Shown piece by piece: positions 9,375-19,100 of a stretch of 58,767 nucleotides of DNA. The DNA is from a virus (taxonomy: Duplodnaviria; Caudoviricetes), in the IMG/VR virus record IMGVR_UViG_3300043473_000046, positions 1-58,767 of that record, one strand, 5' to 3'. The notes beneath the pieces were generated by a model, which made no database searches, was not told where the DNA came from, and worked only from the letters and a program-made list of their open reading frames with translations. The position numbers and the translations under genes are program-made. Every line of letters starts with the position of its first letter. The stretch's first letter is position 1.

Positions 9375-9556
9375 CCGACAGAACGATCGCGACCATCGGC
9401 CCCCATCCGGACCCGTCGTGCCGCGGTGTGTGGTGCGTCTTCATTGACGATGGAAGCGGCGAAGATCATCACCGCATCCTCTCCACGCATTCCACCCGCG
9501 ACGGAGCAGCAGTCTCTGCGAACCAGATCAACAAGGCTGCGTTCAATGAGAAGTAA
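9371..9556 (+). CDS. Hypothetical protein
   Basis: ATGA coupling. Confidence 0.6.
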   Translation: MTDRTIATIGPHPDPSCRGVWCVFIDDGSGEDHHRILSTHSTRDGAAVSANQINKAAFNEK

Positions 9557-9830
9557 TAAGGGAATCGTCTACGTCACAAGAAGCGGAAGGGCTCTGACCG
9601 GTGAAGAAATTGAAGTGCTCGTGGCACAAGCCGAGGTCAACGAACTTGAACTGGCCGATCGCTTCCCACCGGGGAGAACGGAGCCCGACGCCGACTCGCG
9701 CCTGGCAGCACGAGCCATCAACCAGCAGTACCAAGCCCTCATTCTGGAGGGGATGGATGATGATGTGGCCGTGAGGATCATCGGAATGATGCTCGCCAAC
9801 GCCGCAGCAGCCTTTGAGCAGGGGGAGTGA
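9546..9830 (+). CDS. Hypothetical protein
   Basis: Operon continuity. Confidence 0.6.
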   Translation: MRSNKGIVYVTRSGRALTGEEIEVLVAQAEVNELELADRFPPGRTEPDADSRLAARAINQQYQALILEGMDDDVAVRIIGMMLANAAAAFEQGE

Positions 9831-9932
9831 ACGCCCCGGATCGCCCGCTCAGCGCCCGAATCAGCCGCGAAACCCCTGGTTTTGGTATCCCTGGAGGGTC
9901 TAAATTGCCTACGGGCGCTCAGGGAGGAGCAA

Positions 9933-10289
9933 ATGCAGCACCTTGACGAGCCGAAGATGGTGTTTGTGGTCGCCAGGGGAGCCGACGCGACCGAGATGGT
10001 CGACAACGAAACCGCCATCGTCAACTTCATGATGACCCAGCATCCGGGGAACGTGTTCCTGTGCCGTGGCAGCTTCCTTCTGATCGAACTGAGATGCCCC
10101 CGACCGATCGAACAGTGGTCAGAGTTCTACATCAACTTGTTGGACCGTTGCGATGCTTTGTACTGCGTCGAGGGTTACCGCACCCACCCTCTGGCTGACT
10201 GGGCACTGGAGAACAACATGCCCATCTTGGACGACTACATGGACTTGGAACTGTTCCTCTCAGGGTTGAGCGTTCAGAATCCGGAATAA
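9933..10289 (+). CDS. DUF1937/DUF4406-like protein
   Basis: GGAGG RBS; W..FYINLLDRCDALYCV motif. Confidence 0.5.
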   Translation: MQHLDEPKMVFVVARGADATEMVDNETAIVNFMMTQHPGNVFLCRGSFLLIELRCPRPIEQWSEFYINLLDRCDALYCVEGYRTHPLADWALENNMPILDDYMDLELFLSGLSVQNPE

Positions 10290-10447
10290 GCAGTAAAGAG
10301 CACCCATGAGGGCCAGAGTCGCGAGCACCAACGGAACAACGGTGTGAGACCAGTGATCACTTCCCTTTGGGTCTTTGTATCGCTGATCCACGAGGCGGGA
10401 GTCTGCTGGATTCCGAACACTCAACCCACGACAGATAGGAACAATTC

Positions 10448-10771
10448 ATGAAAAGGACATTGACCATCATCTTGGTGGCCGCGGCCTTTGTCGGCTTCGT
10501 CGCTTGGGGGGCGGGGGCATCGGCTACTACGCTTCCGCCATCGACCACTACAACGACCACGGTGTCACCCACTTCTACGGTGACGGATGCGACGACGACC
10601 ACGGACGTGCCGACCACCCTCTTGCCCACGACAACCACGACGGTCCACCCGCCGATCAACGGCCCAGCAGTCGTGGAACCCGGCCCTCATCCGCCCATCC
10701 CGATCCTGGTGCCGACGACGACGACAACGCTGCCCCCTGCACCGGCAGGGACGCTTCCGCACACTCTGTGA
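10448..10771 (+). CDS. Secreted or membrane Thr/Pro-rich protein
   Basis: Signal peptide followed by poly-Thr tracts. Confidence 0.75.
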   Translation: MKRTLTIILVAAAFVGFVAWGAGASATTLPPSTTTTTTVSPTSTVTDATTTTDVPTTLLPTTTTTVHPPINGPAVVEPGPHPPIPILVPTTTTTLPPAPAGTLPHTL

Positions 10772-10772
10772 G

Positions 10773-10976
10773 ATGCACTTCATAAACAACAAGTTCCCGT
10801 GCTGTACCAAGAAGTCTGGTCTCCATCTTGGGAACTACATGATTGGAGACACGCTCACACGGGCGTGCCCCCGATGCGGAACGCAGTTCACGATCAAGTT
10901 CACCGAGACCACACTCGGCCTCGACGGATTCATCAAGATGGAGTGGACAAGATGTCAGCCCAATGGTACTGGGTAA
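10773..10976 (+). CDS. Small zinc-ribbon protein
   Basis: CC...CPRCG. Confidence 0.55.
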   Translation: MHFINNKFPCCTKKSGLHLGNYMIGDTLTRACPRCGTQFTIKFTETTLGLDGFIKMEWTRCQPNGTG

Positions 10977-11425
10977 CCGGGATCAACCCGGAGCCCTGGA
11001 CAGCCGGAACCGCCTTCCGCTACGGGTCCAGCAAGCGGCTGGGGATCGCCAAGGATGGCAAGCTGAAGGCCTACCAGGAGGCTGTGGCCGACGAGTTCGT
11101 CTACCAGAACCCGCACTTCATCCCGATGATCGGGGAGCTTTCCCTGACCTTCTTCTTCTGGAGATCGTCAGCGCATGGGAATGTCGCTGACGCTACGAAC
11201 CTTCAGAAGTCCACCGAGGACGCGCTCCAGAACATCTTGTATGGCAACGACCGGAACAACCGCCACGCATCGAGCACCGTCATGGAGCAGACGCCCCAGA
11301 CCGCGCCGCACATCCTGATCCTGATCGCTCCGTGGGAGCGTCCGGAAATCGAAGTCCCGGCAGGAGTCATCATCCCCAAGTACGCCAACATCGACTGGAA
11401 GCCACCGAGTGACGACCTCTTTTGA
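10952..11425 (+). CDS. rusA: RusA-like Holliday junction resolvase
   Basis: DATNLQKSTEDALQNILYGNDR matches the DxDNxxKxxxDAL..DD signature. Confidence 0.85.
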   Translation: MSAQWYWVTGINPEPWTAGTAFRYGSSKRLGIAKDGKLKAYQEAVADEFVYQNPHFIPMIGELSLTFFFWRSSAHGNVADATNLQKSTEDALQNILYGNDRNNRHASSTVMEQTPQTAPHILILIAPWERPEIEVPAGVIIPKYANIDWKPPSDDLF

Positions 11426-11843
11426 GATACCTCAACGAGTCATCGATCGATACCTCGCGTCCCTCTCACCTGAGGGCGAGTGCTTAGTGTCGTCGTATTC
11501 GACTCGTGGCGGATACACCCAAATTGGCTGGAACGATTCTGAAGGTAAAACCCATACGATCCTTGGTCACCGCGTGGCGTGGTTTGCTAAGTGGAGATGG
11601 TTACCCACATTGCCCGACACAATTGATCACATCTGCCACAACCAACGATGCGGAAATCCAGCACACCTACAGATACTTACCAATGTAGAGAACTCCAGAC
11701 AAAATGGTTGGAGCAGAAGAACTCATTGCAAGTGGGGGCATGAGTACACACCCGAGAACACACGTTGGGACAAGAAGAAGGGTGGTCGGGTCTGTGTGGA
11801 GTGTCGACGCCGACGCTACCAAGCCTTCCAAGACAAGTGTTGA
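11409..11843 (+). CDS. HNH endonuclease
   Basis: HRVAW, IDHICHNQRCGNPAHL..T..EN, THCKWGHEY..ENT..CVEC; visibly more AT-rich than its neighbours. Confidence 0.9.
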   Translation: MTTSFEIPQRVIDRYLASLSPEGECLVSSYSTRGGYTQIGWNDSEGKTHTILGHRVAWFAKWRWLPTLPDTIDHICHNQRCGNPAHLQILTNVENSRQNGWSRRTHCKWGHEYTPENTRWDKKKGGRVCVECRRRRYQAFQDKC

Positions 11844-11915
11844 TACTAAGTTTAATCTTGATTACGATCTACGTTTTCGCCTGCGCCCTGCGCCCACATC
11901 TTGAACAGGAACTTC

Positions 11916-12614
11916 ATGCAAACAGAAGTCAGAGACCACCCAGCGAAGTACAGCCCGCCGATCCTGAGGGTGATCGAGACGATCCTTTTAGCCGAAAGCC
12001 TCAAGTGTGATCACGAGATCACAGTCTTCGATTGCTTCGGTGGCACGGGTCTGATCCATTCGCTTTCGATGCCTGGGTTCATCCGGACGGAGGCGATCGA
12101 GATCGAACCGGAGTGGGCGATGGCTCACCCCTGGACGCGGGTGGGGAATGCTTTGCACGTCGATGCCCCCGACGAGCACTACGACGTGATCTGCACGTCC
12201 CCGACCTACGGGAACCGGATGGCCGACCACCACGAGGCCAAGGACGATTCCAAGAGACTGACGTACCGACACCAGCTTGGCCGGATGCCGCACGAGGACT
12301 CCTCTGCGATTCTCCCGTGGGGACCGAAGTACTGGGACTTCCACAAGAGGGTGTGGGTCGAGCAGTCCCGGATTCTCCGTCCGGGTGGGCTGTTCATCCT
12401 GAACGCCAAGGACTTCTACCGCACCCGGAAGATCAAGGGAACCAAGGTCGTGGAACTGGTCGAGGTCGTCACCTGGCACATGGAGGCTCTGCTCGCTCTC
12501 GGATTCAAGGTGGAGAACACAACTCCCGTGCCGGTGCGCGGGATGAAGATGGGTGCCAACCACAAGCGCCGTGTCCCCTACGAGATGGTTGTCGAGATGA
12601 GGAAGCGCAAATGA
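11916..12614 (+). CDS. DNA amino-methyltransferase (probably N4-cytosine)
   Basis: Motif I FDCFGGTG precedes motif IV TSPTY. Confidence 0.8.
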   Translation: MQTEVRDHPAKYSPPILRVIETILLAESLKCDHEITVFDCFGGTGLIHSLSMPGFIRTEAIEIEPEWAMAHPWTRVGNALHVDAPDEHYDVICTSPTYGNRMADHHEAKDDSKRLTYRHQLGRMPHEDSSAILPWGPKYWDFHKRVWVEQSRILRPGGLFILNAKDFYRTRKIKGTKVVELVEVVTWHMEALLALGFKVENTTPVPVRGMKMGANHKRRVPYEMVVEMRKRK

Positions 12615-12946
12615 GCGACAGGATGACCACCTACCGCCGCGCCGACGGCGAGATGATCGGTGACTTCGCCTGGGTCAACGATCGAGAGTTCTTCGATGAG
12701 GAGGACGAGCCGATCGATCTCATCGAGGAGCACTGGGTCAAAGTCAAAGAGATCAAGCTTCGCAAGTATCCACGGCACTATCTCTGCGAGGAGTGCGGGG
12801 GCGAAGGATGTGACCAGTGCGAGGACGGCGAATCCCTGGACGCTGACCGTTGGGTCGGCTTCTGGACACAGGAGGAACTGGATCGGGCCAAGGCTCTGGG
12901 TAAGGAACTGGGTAAGGTATTTCAATTCCCGGATGTCGGATCATGA
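12611..12946 (+). CDS. Hypothetical protein with a DnaJ-like CxxCxGxG
   Basis: ATGA coupling; CEECGGEGCDQC. Confidence 0.65.
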   Translation: MSDRMTTYRRADGEMIGDFAWVNDREFFDEEDEPIDLIEEHWVKVKEIKLRKYPRHYLCEECGGEGCDQCEDGESLDADRWVGFWTQEELDRAKALGKELGKVFQFPDVGS

Positions 12947-13047
12947 AGCGAACCACCGCAATGAACGTCATCATCGTGATGGCGCTGTTCATCCTGATGG
13001 TGGTGTTGTTCGTGATCGCGGGCTGGATTCTGAACGGAGCGTTGTGA
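12943..13047 (+). CDS. Small membrane protein
   Basis: Hand-translated MKRTTAMNVIIVMALFILMVVLFVIAGWILNGAL; 4-nt overlaps at both ends. Confidence 0.6.
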   Translation: MKRTTAMNVIIVMALFILMVVLFVIAGWILNGAL

Positions 13048-13280
13048 AGGTTCACGTCTACAAGATTCGGAAGGACGACCTCCGAGAGAGGGAGGATCTC
13101 CACTTTTGCACCCACTGTAAGGGGTGGTACGGTATCCCCCACTACGGACTCCATTGTCAAGAGGATCGTCCGTCCCAATATCCGGTCACTTGTGCTTGTC
13201 GGTTCTGCAAGCAGAAGATCGGGGTACCCATCACGGGCGAGTTCGGATTCTTCACAACTGCTAAGGAATGGCAACCATGA
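13044..13280 (+). CDS. Cys/His-rich hypothetical protein
   Basis: GTGA coupling; CTHC..H..CACRFC. Confidence 0.6.
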   Translation: MKVHVYKIRKDDLREREDLHFCTHCKGWYGIPHYGLHCQEDRPSQYPVTCACRFCKQKIGVPITGEFGFFTTAKEWQP

Positions 13281-13573
13281 GTGACAACGGTGACGAAGGG
13301 CTTGAACTGACGATGCCGTTCGTCAGCGTCACATCCAACGGCGGGCCGCACGACGACGAGTCCTACGCCTGCGGTTGGGAGATGGGATCGCTGGATGCGC
13401 GCCTGCGGATGGCGGCGTTCCTGGGAACCAAGCCCGAACGCGAGGTCATCCACACGGCCAACATCGAGCAGACCGACCTGATCGCCATGAAGCATGGCTT
13501 CAAGACGGCCTTCTATCACAATACTTACAGCGAGGACTATGACGAAGACTGGACGGATGTGACCTTTCGATGA
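13277..13573 (+). CDS. Hypothetical protein
   Basis: MPFVSVTSNGGPHDDESY..GWEMG. Confidence 0.75.
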   Translation: MSDNGDEGLELTMPFVSVTSNGGPHDDESYACGWEMGSLDARLRMAAFLGTKPEREVIHTANIEQTDLIAMKHGFKTAFYHNTYSEDYDEDWTDVTFR

Positions 13574-14277
13574 ACGAAGTACTGCACGGTGATTGTCGGG
13601 AGCTTCTCTCGATTCTCACATGGAACCGGCAGGTCAATTGTCTCCTCACCGATCCGCCTTATGGAGTTGACTTCCAGTCGACCTACGGGAAGAACGAGAC
13701 CGACCGCGAGAACTATCAGCGCAAGATCGCTGACGACCACGGGGTTGACGATGCGATCGAGAGCTTCGATGACACCCTGAAGCTGATCATCCCCGCTATG
13801 GCTGATCTCTGTGAAATCTATGTGTTCTCCGCTTGGCAGGTTGCCCCGGAGTGGCAGAAGTATCTTGAGTCACTTTCGGCTCACGGGATCGACCTCAGGC
13901 AACTGCTGATCTGGGACAAGGGATATCCGGGGATCGGGGATGTCAAGTACAACTGGGGTGCCGGTCACGAGTTCATCTACTACCTCAAGAAGGGTCGTCG
14001 GAAGGTGCCGTACCGGCGCTCCGGGATCATCGCCGTGGACAAGGTTCGCCCCGGCACCAACGTCCACCCGACCCAGAAGCCGGTGGGGCTGCTGAAGATC
14101 CTCATCGAGTACAGCACCGACCCCGGCGAGTTCGTCTTTGACCCCTACGCGGGCTCAGGATCGACCATTGTGGCCGCTCAGGAATGCGGTCGGGACGCCA
14201 TGGGGATCGAGATCGAGGAGGACTACGTCGAGACGGCGCGGAAGAGGCTCTCGCAAGGAGGCTTGTTCGACGTGTAA
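13570..14277 (+). CDS. DNA N6-adenine/N4-cytosine methyltransferase (beta class)
   Basis: TDPPYG precedes HPTQKP and FDPYAGSGST. Confidence 0.93.
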   Translation: MNEVLHGDCRELLSILTWNRQVNCLLTDPPYGVDFQSTYGKNETDRENYQRKIADDHGVDDAIESFDDTLKLIIPAMADLCEIYVFSAWQVAPEWQKYLESLSAHGIDLRQLLIWDKGYPGIGDVKYNWGAGHEFIYYLKKGRRKVPYRRSGIIAVDKVRPGTNVHPTQKPVGLLKILIEYSTDPGEFVFDPYAGSGSTIVAAQECGRDAMGIEIEEDYVETARKRLSQGGLFDV

Positions 14278-14287
14278 AGTGCTCGGC

Positions 14288-14566
14288 ATGTCAGATTCCG
14301 ATGTGCCCCAGAGCACCACACGGCGTATCGAGCCGTATGTACTTATCCCCGGCATCCAGCGCGACGGCGTCGAAAAGGAACCGGTTCCTTCCTTCCGTGA
14401 CTACCTTGAGGCCAGGGGCGACGCCGCCCCGGTGCCGATGGCCGACCCGGAGGACGACCAACTCCATCTCCGAAAGTGGGTCGAGGACGGCGGCTACGTC
14501 AAGAAGCCGGTCTACACCCTGGACCCGGACGAATCATTCCCTGAGGGTGACATCCCCGAGGTTTGA
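14288..14566 (+). CDS. Hypothetical protein (probably leaderless)
   Basis: TAAAGT 7 nt before ATG 14288. Confidence 0.6.
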   Translation: MSDSDVPQSTTRRIEPYVLIPGIQRDGVEKEPVPSFRDYLEARGDAAPVPMADPEDDQLHLRKWVEDGGYVKKPVYTLDPDESFPEGDIPEV

Positions 14567-14862
14567 TGCTGGAAGACCCGTGGCGACGTAAGGCCAAGTG
14601 CTTCGGGCTCGACCCGAACATGTTTGTTCCTTCGACACCCGGTGGGACGCTCGACCCCGCGAAGAACATCTGCAACGGAAGGGACGGTCTCCCTGCCTGC
14701 CCCGTCCGCGTGGAGTGCAACCACTTCGCCAACGAGCACGGGCTGATCGGCGTCTACGGCGGGGTCGTGCATTCTTCACGCTCCACAGAGATCGTGGTGA
14801 TCGTTCAGTTGCAGGACGCACGACCCCGCCCAAGCGTCAGAGACCGCGGAAAACGGGAATGA
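14566..14862 (+). CDS. whiB: WhiB-family transcription factor
   Basis: W...AKC..F.P...AKNIC..CPVRVEC..FA..GVYGG. Confidence 0.9.
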   Translation: MLEDPWRRKAKCFGLDPNMFVPSTPGGTLDPAKNICNGRDGLPACPVRVECNHFANEHGLIGVYGGVVHSSRSTEIVVIVQLQDARPRPSVRDRGKRE

Positions 14863-15310
14863 GTTCGACCGGCATCTGGAATCCCACCGCTCGCTTGTAG
14901 CCACTACCGTCCAGTCGGTAAGCTGATTCGATCGGGACGACAGCGTGCTTGTCAAGGCCATCTCTCACCAGACCATCCCGTCGCGAAACGTATGGCTTGG
15001 TGAAGTTCCTGAGCGATGATCCGTGCGGTCGACCAGAGACTTTGTAGGCCATGTCTCGTCCACAAAATCCATCGTCGCAATCGGCTGCTTCTCGAAGCAC
15101 CGCTGCGGTGTCTGGTGGCAGATCATCCAGATATCGAGTGGCCCAGGCAGGCGTCCATCCCAGGACGGGTTTGAACTTGAACAGATACTTCTTCCTCGCT
15201 TCGATGCAGTCCCTCTTGTACGCCTCGTGATCACTGGGGTCCATTCCGTCCAGTGGGAGTTCGATGACGTAGCGCGTCATCTTCCGGATCGTGGGTTCTG
15301 GCTCGGACAC
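14837..15310 (-). CDS. Hypothetical protein, counter-oriented with its own promoter
   Basis: AGGAGG RBS before GTG 15310. Confidence 0.75.
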   Translation of the reverse strand: MSEPEPTIRKMTRYVIELPLDGMDPSDHEAYKRDCIEARKKYLFKFKPVLGWTPAWATRYLDDLPPDTAAVLREAADCDDGFCGRDMAYKVSGRPHGSSLRNFTKPYVSRRDGLVRDGLDKHAVVPIESAYRLDGSGYKRAVGFQMPVELIPVFRGL

Positions 15311-15350
15311 TTGGGTGCCTCCTATTGAGTCGGTTGAGTTTGACGAACTC

Positions 15351-15379
15351 AATATATCAATATCCGAGATCGAGCGCAA
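15351..15379 (-). promoter_or_regulatory. SigA-like promoter TTGCGC-N17-TATATT
   Basis: Read on the minus strand upstream of 15310. Confidence 0.55.
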
Positions 15380-15419
15380 CGGCTGGACTCCAAGAACCAC
15401 GATGGGTAGCGTCAGTCAC

Positions 15420-15611
15420 ATGCTTTCTGTAGATGACGGATTCGCCAGCGGCAACTTCAACCTTGCCGACATTCTCTTCTTTCTCGCCACCATCGTGTTC
15501 TTCATCGCCTTCGTTCTGGAGGTCTTGAAGAAGGAATCGCCACGGCCGGTCTACCCGATCCTGATCGCGGGAGGACTGACCTGCGTCGCTCTCGCTTGGT
15601 TTGTGATTTGA
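15420..15611 (+). CDS. Small two-TM membrane protein
   Basis: Two hydrophobic helices; TAGCGT 7 nt before ATG. Confidence 0.7.
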   Translation: MLSVDDGFASGNFNLADILFFLATIVFFIAFVLEVLKKESPRPVYPILIAGGLTCVALAWFVI

Positions 15612-15714
15612 GATAGGGTGCCTGGTCCCCCGTTCGTCATAGAACATCTTGCGCGAGGATTGACCCGTTCGCGCTGGTCTAATCACAAACGCAGCGAACG
15701 GGGGACACAAACCG

Positions 15715-15753
15715 AAGACCCCCCGCGACTGGAACTGGTCGCTGGGGGGTCTT
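15715..15753. terminator. Stem-loop between convergent transcription units
   Basis: aagacccccc-gcgac / gtcgc-t-ggggggtctt inverted repeat. Confidence 0.7.
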
Positions 15754-15797
15754 GGAAGTACAGAGATTACTGAACCCGTGGGGGTGATGCAACCCCC

Positions 15798-16112
15798 TCA
15801 GTGAGCCGGGGGATGGACGCGAACGTCGATCCAGGCCAACTGATCCTCAGGCCACGTCTTGCCATCGATGTGCAACTTCAAGTCGTAACGTCCCGCGGTT
15901 CGGTTGCTCAGCCAAGATGTAAGTGGAACCGTCACCATCTTGTCTGTCGCGCTGAGCACCGAACCGGGGAGACCTACCACGGTCGAATCATCTCCCGAGA
16001 GATCGGCCGTGATCACGGCTCCCGGAAGTAGTAAAGCAAGGCCCGACAACTCGATGGCGATGCTGTCGCTGTCGCCTTTGTATCGGACCCAGGACACGGG
16101 CATTGCAGTCAT
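15798..16112 (-). CDS. Small beta-sandwich virion accessory protein (BppU-N-like)
   Basis: KGDS...GRYDLKL...KTWP; ATGA-coupled to the giant gene. Confidence 0.6.
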   Translation of the reverse strand: MTAMPVSWVRYKGDSDSIAIELSGLALLLPGAVITADLSGDDSTVVGLPGSVLSATDKMVTVPLTSWLSNRTAGRYDLKLHIDGKTWPEDQLAWIDVRVHPPAH

Positions 16113-19100
16113 GGGATCAGAATACCTTTCTCCGATGCGGCCGGTCTGATGACGGTCGGCTTGTCCGTTCGTTCCATCTCGCGCTCCTCATCCACCCGAG
16201 TGCAGGCCCGGAGGAGATCGAGTCGTCGCATTTCCAACTTGTAGCCGTTGAGGATGGTGTGCCCGAAGAGGCAGAGGGCAGCAGCCACCATCGTGTCGCG
16301 GCCGTCGGTGGCACCGAATCCGCCAGCGGAGTTTCCTGGAGGGGCGTGCAGCCCGACCGCAACGAACGTGTCCCGACCATCAGTGGTGACGGTGTTTCCA
16401 GTGAAGGTCGGGACGACATGGGCGACGGCGATGACGAGCGTGTCTTGCCCGTCAGTGAGCGCCAGGGTCGCCGTGAAGAGGGGCGGCGTCGAGACAGCCA
16501 GGGCGACAAGTGCGTCGACGCCGTCGGTGAGCGCCAGCGTGCTGGAGTGCGTCGGCGGGATGGTGGCAATCGAGACTTCCAAGGAGTCTCGGCCATCGGT
16601 GCCGGTTGCTGTGCTCGTGAACGTCGGGACGACCGTGTTGGCGACGGCCACCATGGTGTCGAGGCCGTCCGAGATCGCCAGGACGGCGGCACCGACCGCA
16701 CCGGCCACCACCGAAGTGACGATGGTGTCCCGACCGTCGGTGAAGTCGATCGTCCCGGTGTGGGTCGGAGGAGTAGCCGAAGCCGAAGAGACGATCGTGT
16801 CCCGGTTGTCAGTGAAGGTGAGTGTCGAGGTCGCCAGCGGGACCGCAGCGGTGGCGAAAGCGTCGATCGTGTCCGCGCCGTCGATGAATCCAAGCGTGCT
16901 GGTGAAGGTCGGGACGACCGATGTGAGGACACCGGCCATCGTGTCGGTGCCGTCGGTGATGATGATGAAGCCGACGAGCAGCGGAACGGTGAGCGAAGTC
17001 GAAGTGACGATGGTGTCGAGACCATCGGACTGCGCCAAAGCGACCGAGTTGATCGGGACGCTCTGGATTGTCGCTTCAAGCGTGTCGACGCCGTCGGAGA
17101 CCGCCACGGTGGCGGTGACCGTCGGGATGGTGCGAGTAGCAGAAGCGACGAGGGTGTCGAGACCGTCGGAGATCGTCAGTGCGCCAGCGGAGTTGCCGGG
17201 AGCAGCGGAAGTGCCGACGGCGAAGAGCAGGTCCGGTGTCTCGGTCGCCGCCATCGAGCCCGTGAGGGTCGGGGGGACCGTCGAACCGATGCCTGCAAGC
17301 GTGTCCGGGCTGTCGGTGGCAGCGAATGTCGACAGAAGCAGCGGGACGGTGGCGGAAGCCGAAGCGACGATGGTGTCGGCTCCGTCGGTGACCGCCAGGG
17401 TCGGATCGTTGATTGCAACGAACGCAATGACGGCTGCAAGCGTGTCCGTACCGTCAGCGACGACGAAGGTGCCAAGCAACGTCGGGATGGTCGTCGTCGC
17501 CGCAGCGACGATCGTGTCCTGACCGTCGGTGATGGTGAGCGCACCGGCCGAGTTCCCCGGAGCAGCGTGGGTGCCGGTGGCGACGATCGAATCCGCGCCA
17601 TCGGTGAGTGCAAGCGTGCTCGTGAAGGTCGGGGCAACCGTGGTACCGGTGACAAGAATGGTGTCCGGGCCATCCGTGACGACCAAGTTGCTCGTGGTCG
17701 TCGGGGTGACCGCGGAGGCAGCGGCCACCATCGAGTCGATGCCGTCGGTGACGGCGACGGAGCCGCTGTACGTCGGAGCAGTGGTCGCTACGAGCGCCGT
17801 CAGGGCGTCTGGGCCGTCGGAGACCGACAGAGTGCTCGTTTGGGTCGGAACGACGGCTGTGGGGACGCTCAGCAGCGTGTCCACGCCGTCTGTGAGCGCC
17901 AGAGAGGCCGTGAACGTGGGTGCGGTCGTGGTTCCCGCAGCCGTGATCGTGTCGATGCCGTCAGCGAGCGCCAGGACGGCCGCGCCGACCGCCCCGGCCG
18001 ACACAAAGGCCGTCAGGGTGTCCAGACCGTCCGAGAGGGAGAGCGTCGAGGGGTTGGGAGGCGGAATGGCGTTGACCGCGGTGACGATCGAGTCAACGCC
18101 GTCAGTCTGCGAGAAGGTTGAGACGAAGAGCGGAACCGTCAGGCTGAGCGAAGTGACGATGGTGTCGACGCGGTCGGAGATCGACAGCGTGCCGGTGAAG
18201 GTCGGGACCGTGGTTGTGGCCGTCGCCACCATCGTGTCGATGCCGTCGGTGATCGCCAGGATGGCCGCACCGACCGCACCCGCCGAAGCGGAAGCAACAA
18301 GCGTGTCCGGGCCATCGGTAAGAGCCAGCGTTCCGGTGAAGGTCGGTGCGGTGGTCGACCCCGACGCCACGAGAGCATCCGGGCCGTCCGTAAGTGCCAG
18401 GGTGCCTGTGAACGTCGGGGCCGTTGTGGAGACGCTGGCGACGAGGGTGTCGATGCCGTCAGTCTTGACAAGCGTGCTCGTGAACGTCGGTGCGGTCGTG
18501 GAGACCGCTGCCACAAGTGTGTCGATGCCGTCGGTCTGGGCGACCGTACTGGTGAAGGCGGGGGCCGTCGCCTGGGCGGAAGCAACAAGCGTGTCGATGC
18601 CATCGGTGACGGCAACGGTGCCGGTGTGGAGGGTACCCGAAGCGATCGTTGCGACGATGGTGTCGACGCCATCAGTCAGCGCAAGTGTGCTTGTGAACGT
18701 CGGAGCAGTCGTGGAACCTGCCGCCACCAGGGTGTCGAGGCCGTCGGCCTGAGACAAGCTGGACGATACCGACACCGTCGCGGTCGCCACCATCGTGTCG
18801 GGGCCGTCGGTGAGCGCAGTCGTGGCGGTGAAGACCGGGACGGTGCGAGTCCCCGACATCGCGGCGAAGTCACGAGTATCGGTCAGGGCCAGCGTGCTGG
18901 TGAAGGTCGGGACAGTGGTCGTCGCCGTCGCCACCATCGTGTCGGGGCCATCGGTCAGTGCCAGCGTGATCGTGATCGACGGCGGGGTGGAAGTAGCGAC
19001 CCCCACCAAGGTGTCGATGCCGTCGGTGAGCGCCAGCGTGCCCGTGATCGGCGGGACATCCCCGATGGCGACGATTTCGTCTTGACCATCTGATTGATCG

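Noticed and set aside
16103-19093. Long + strand ORFs (672, 424, 407 aa) over the repeat gene
   Set aside because: Antisense shadows of a GC-rich repetitive coding region; their sequences mirror the repeat
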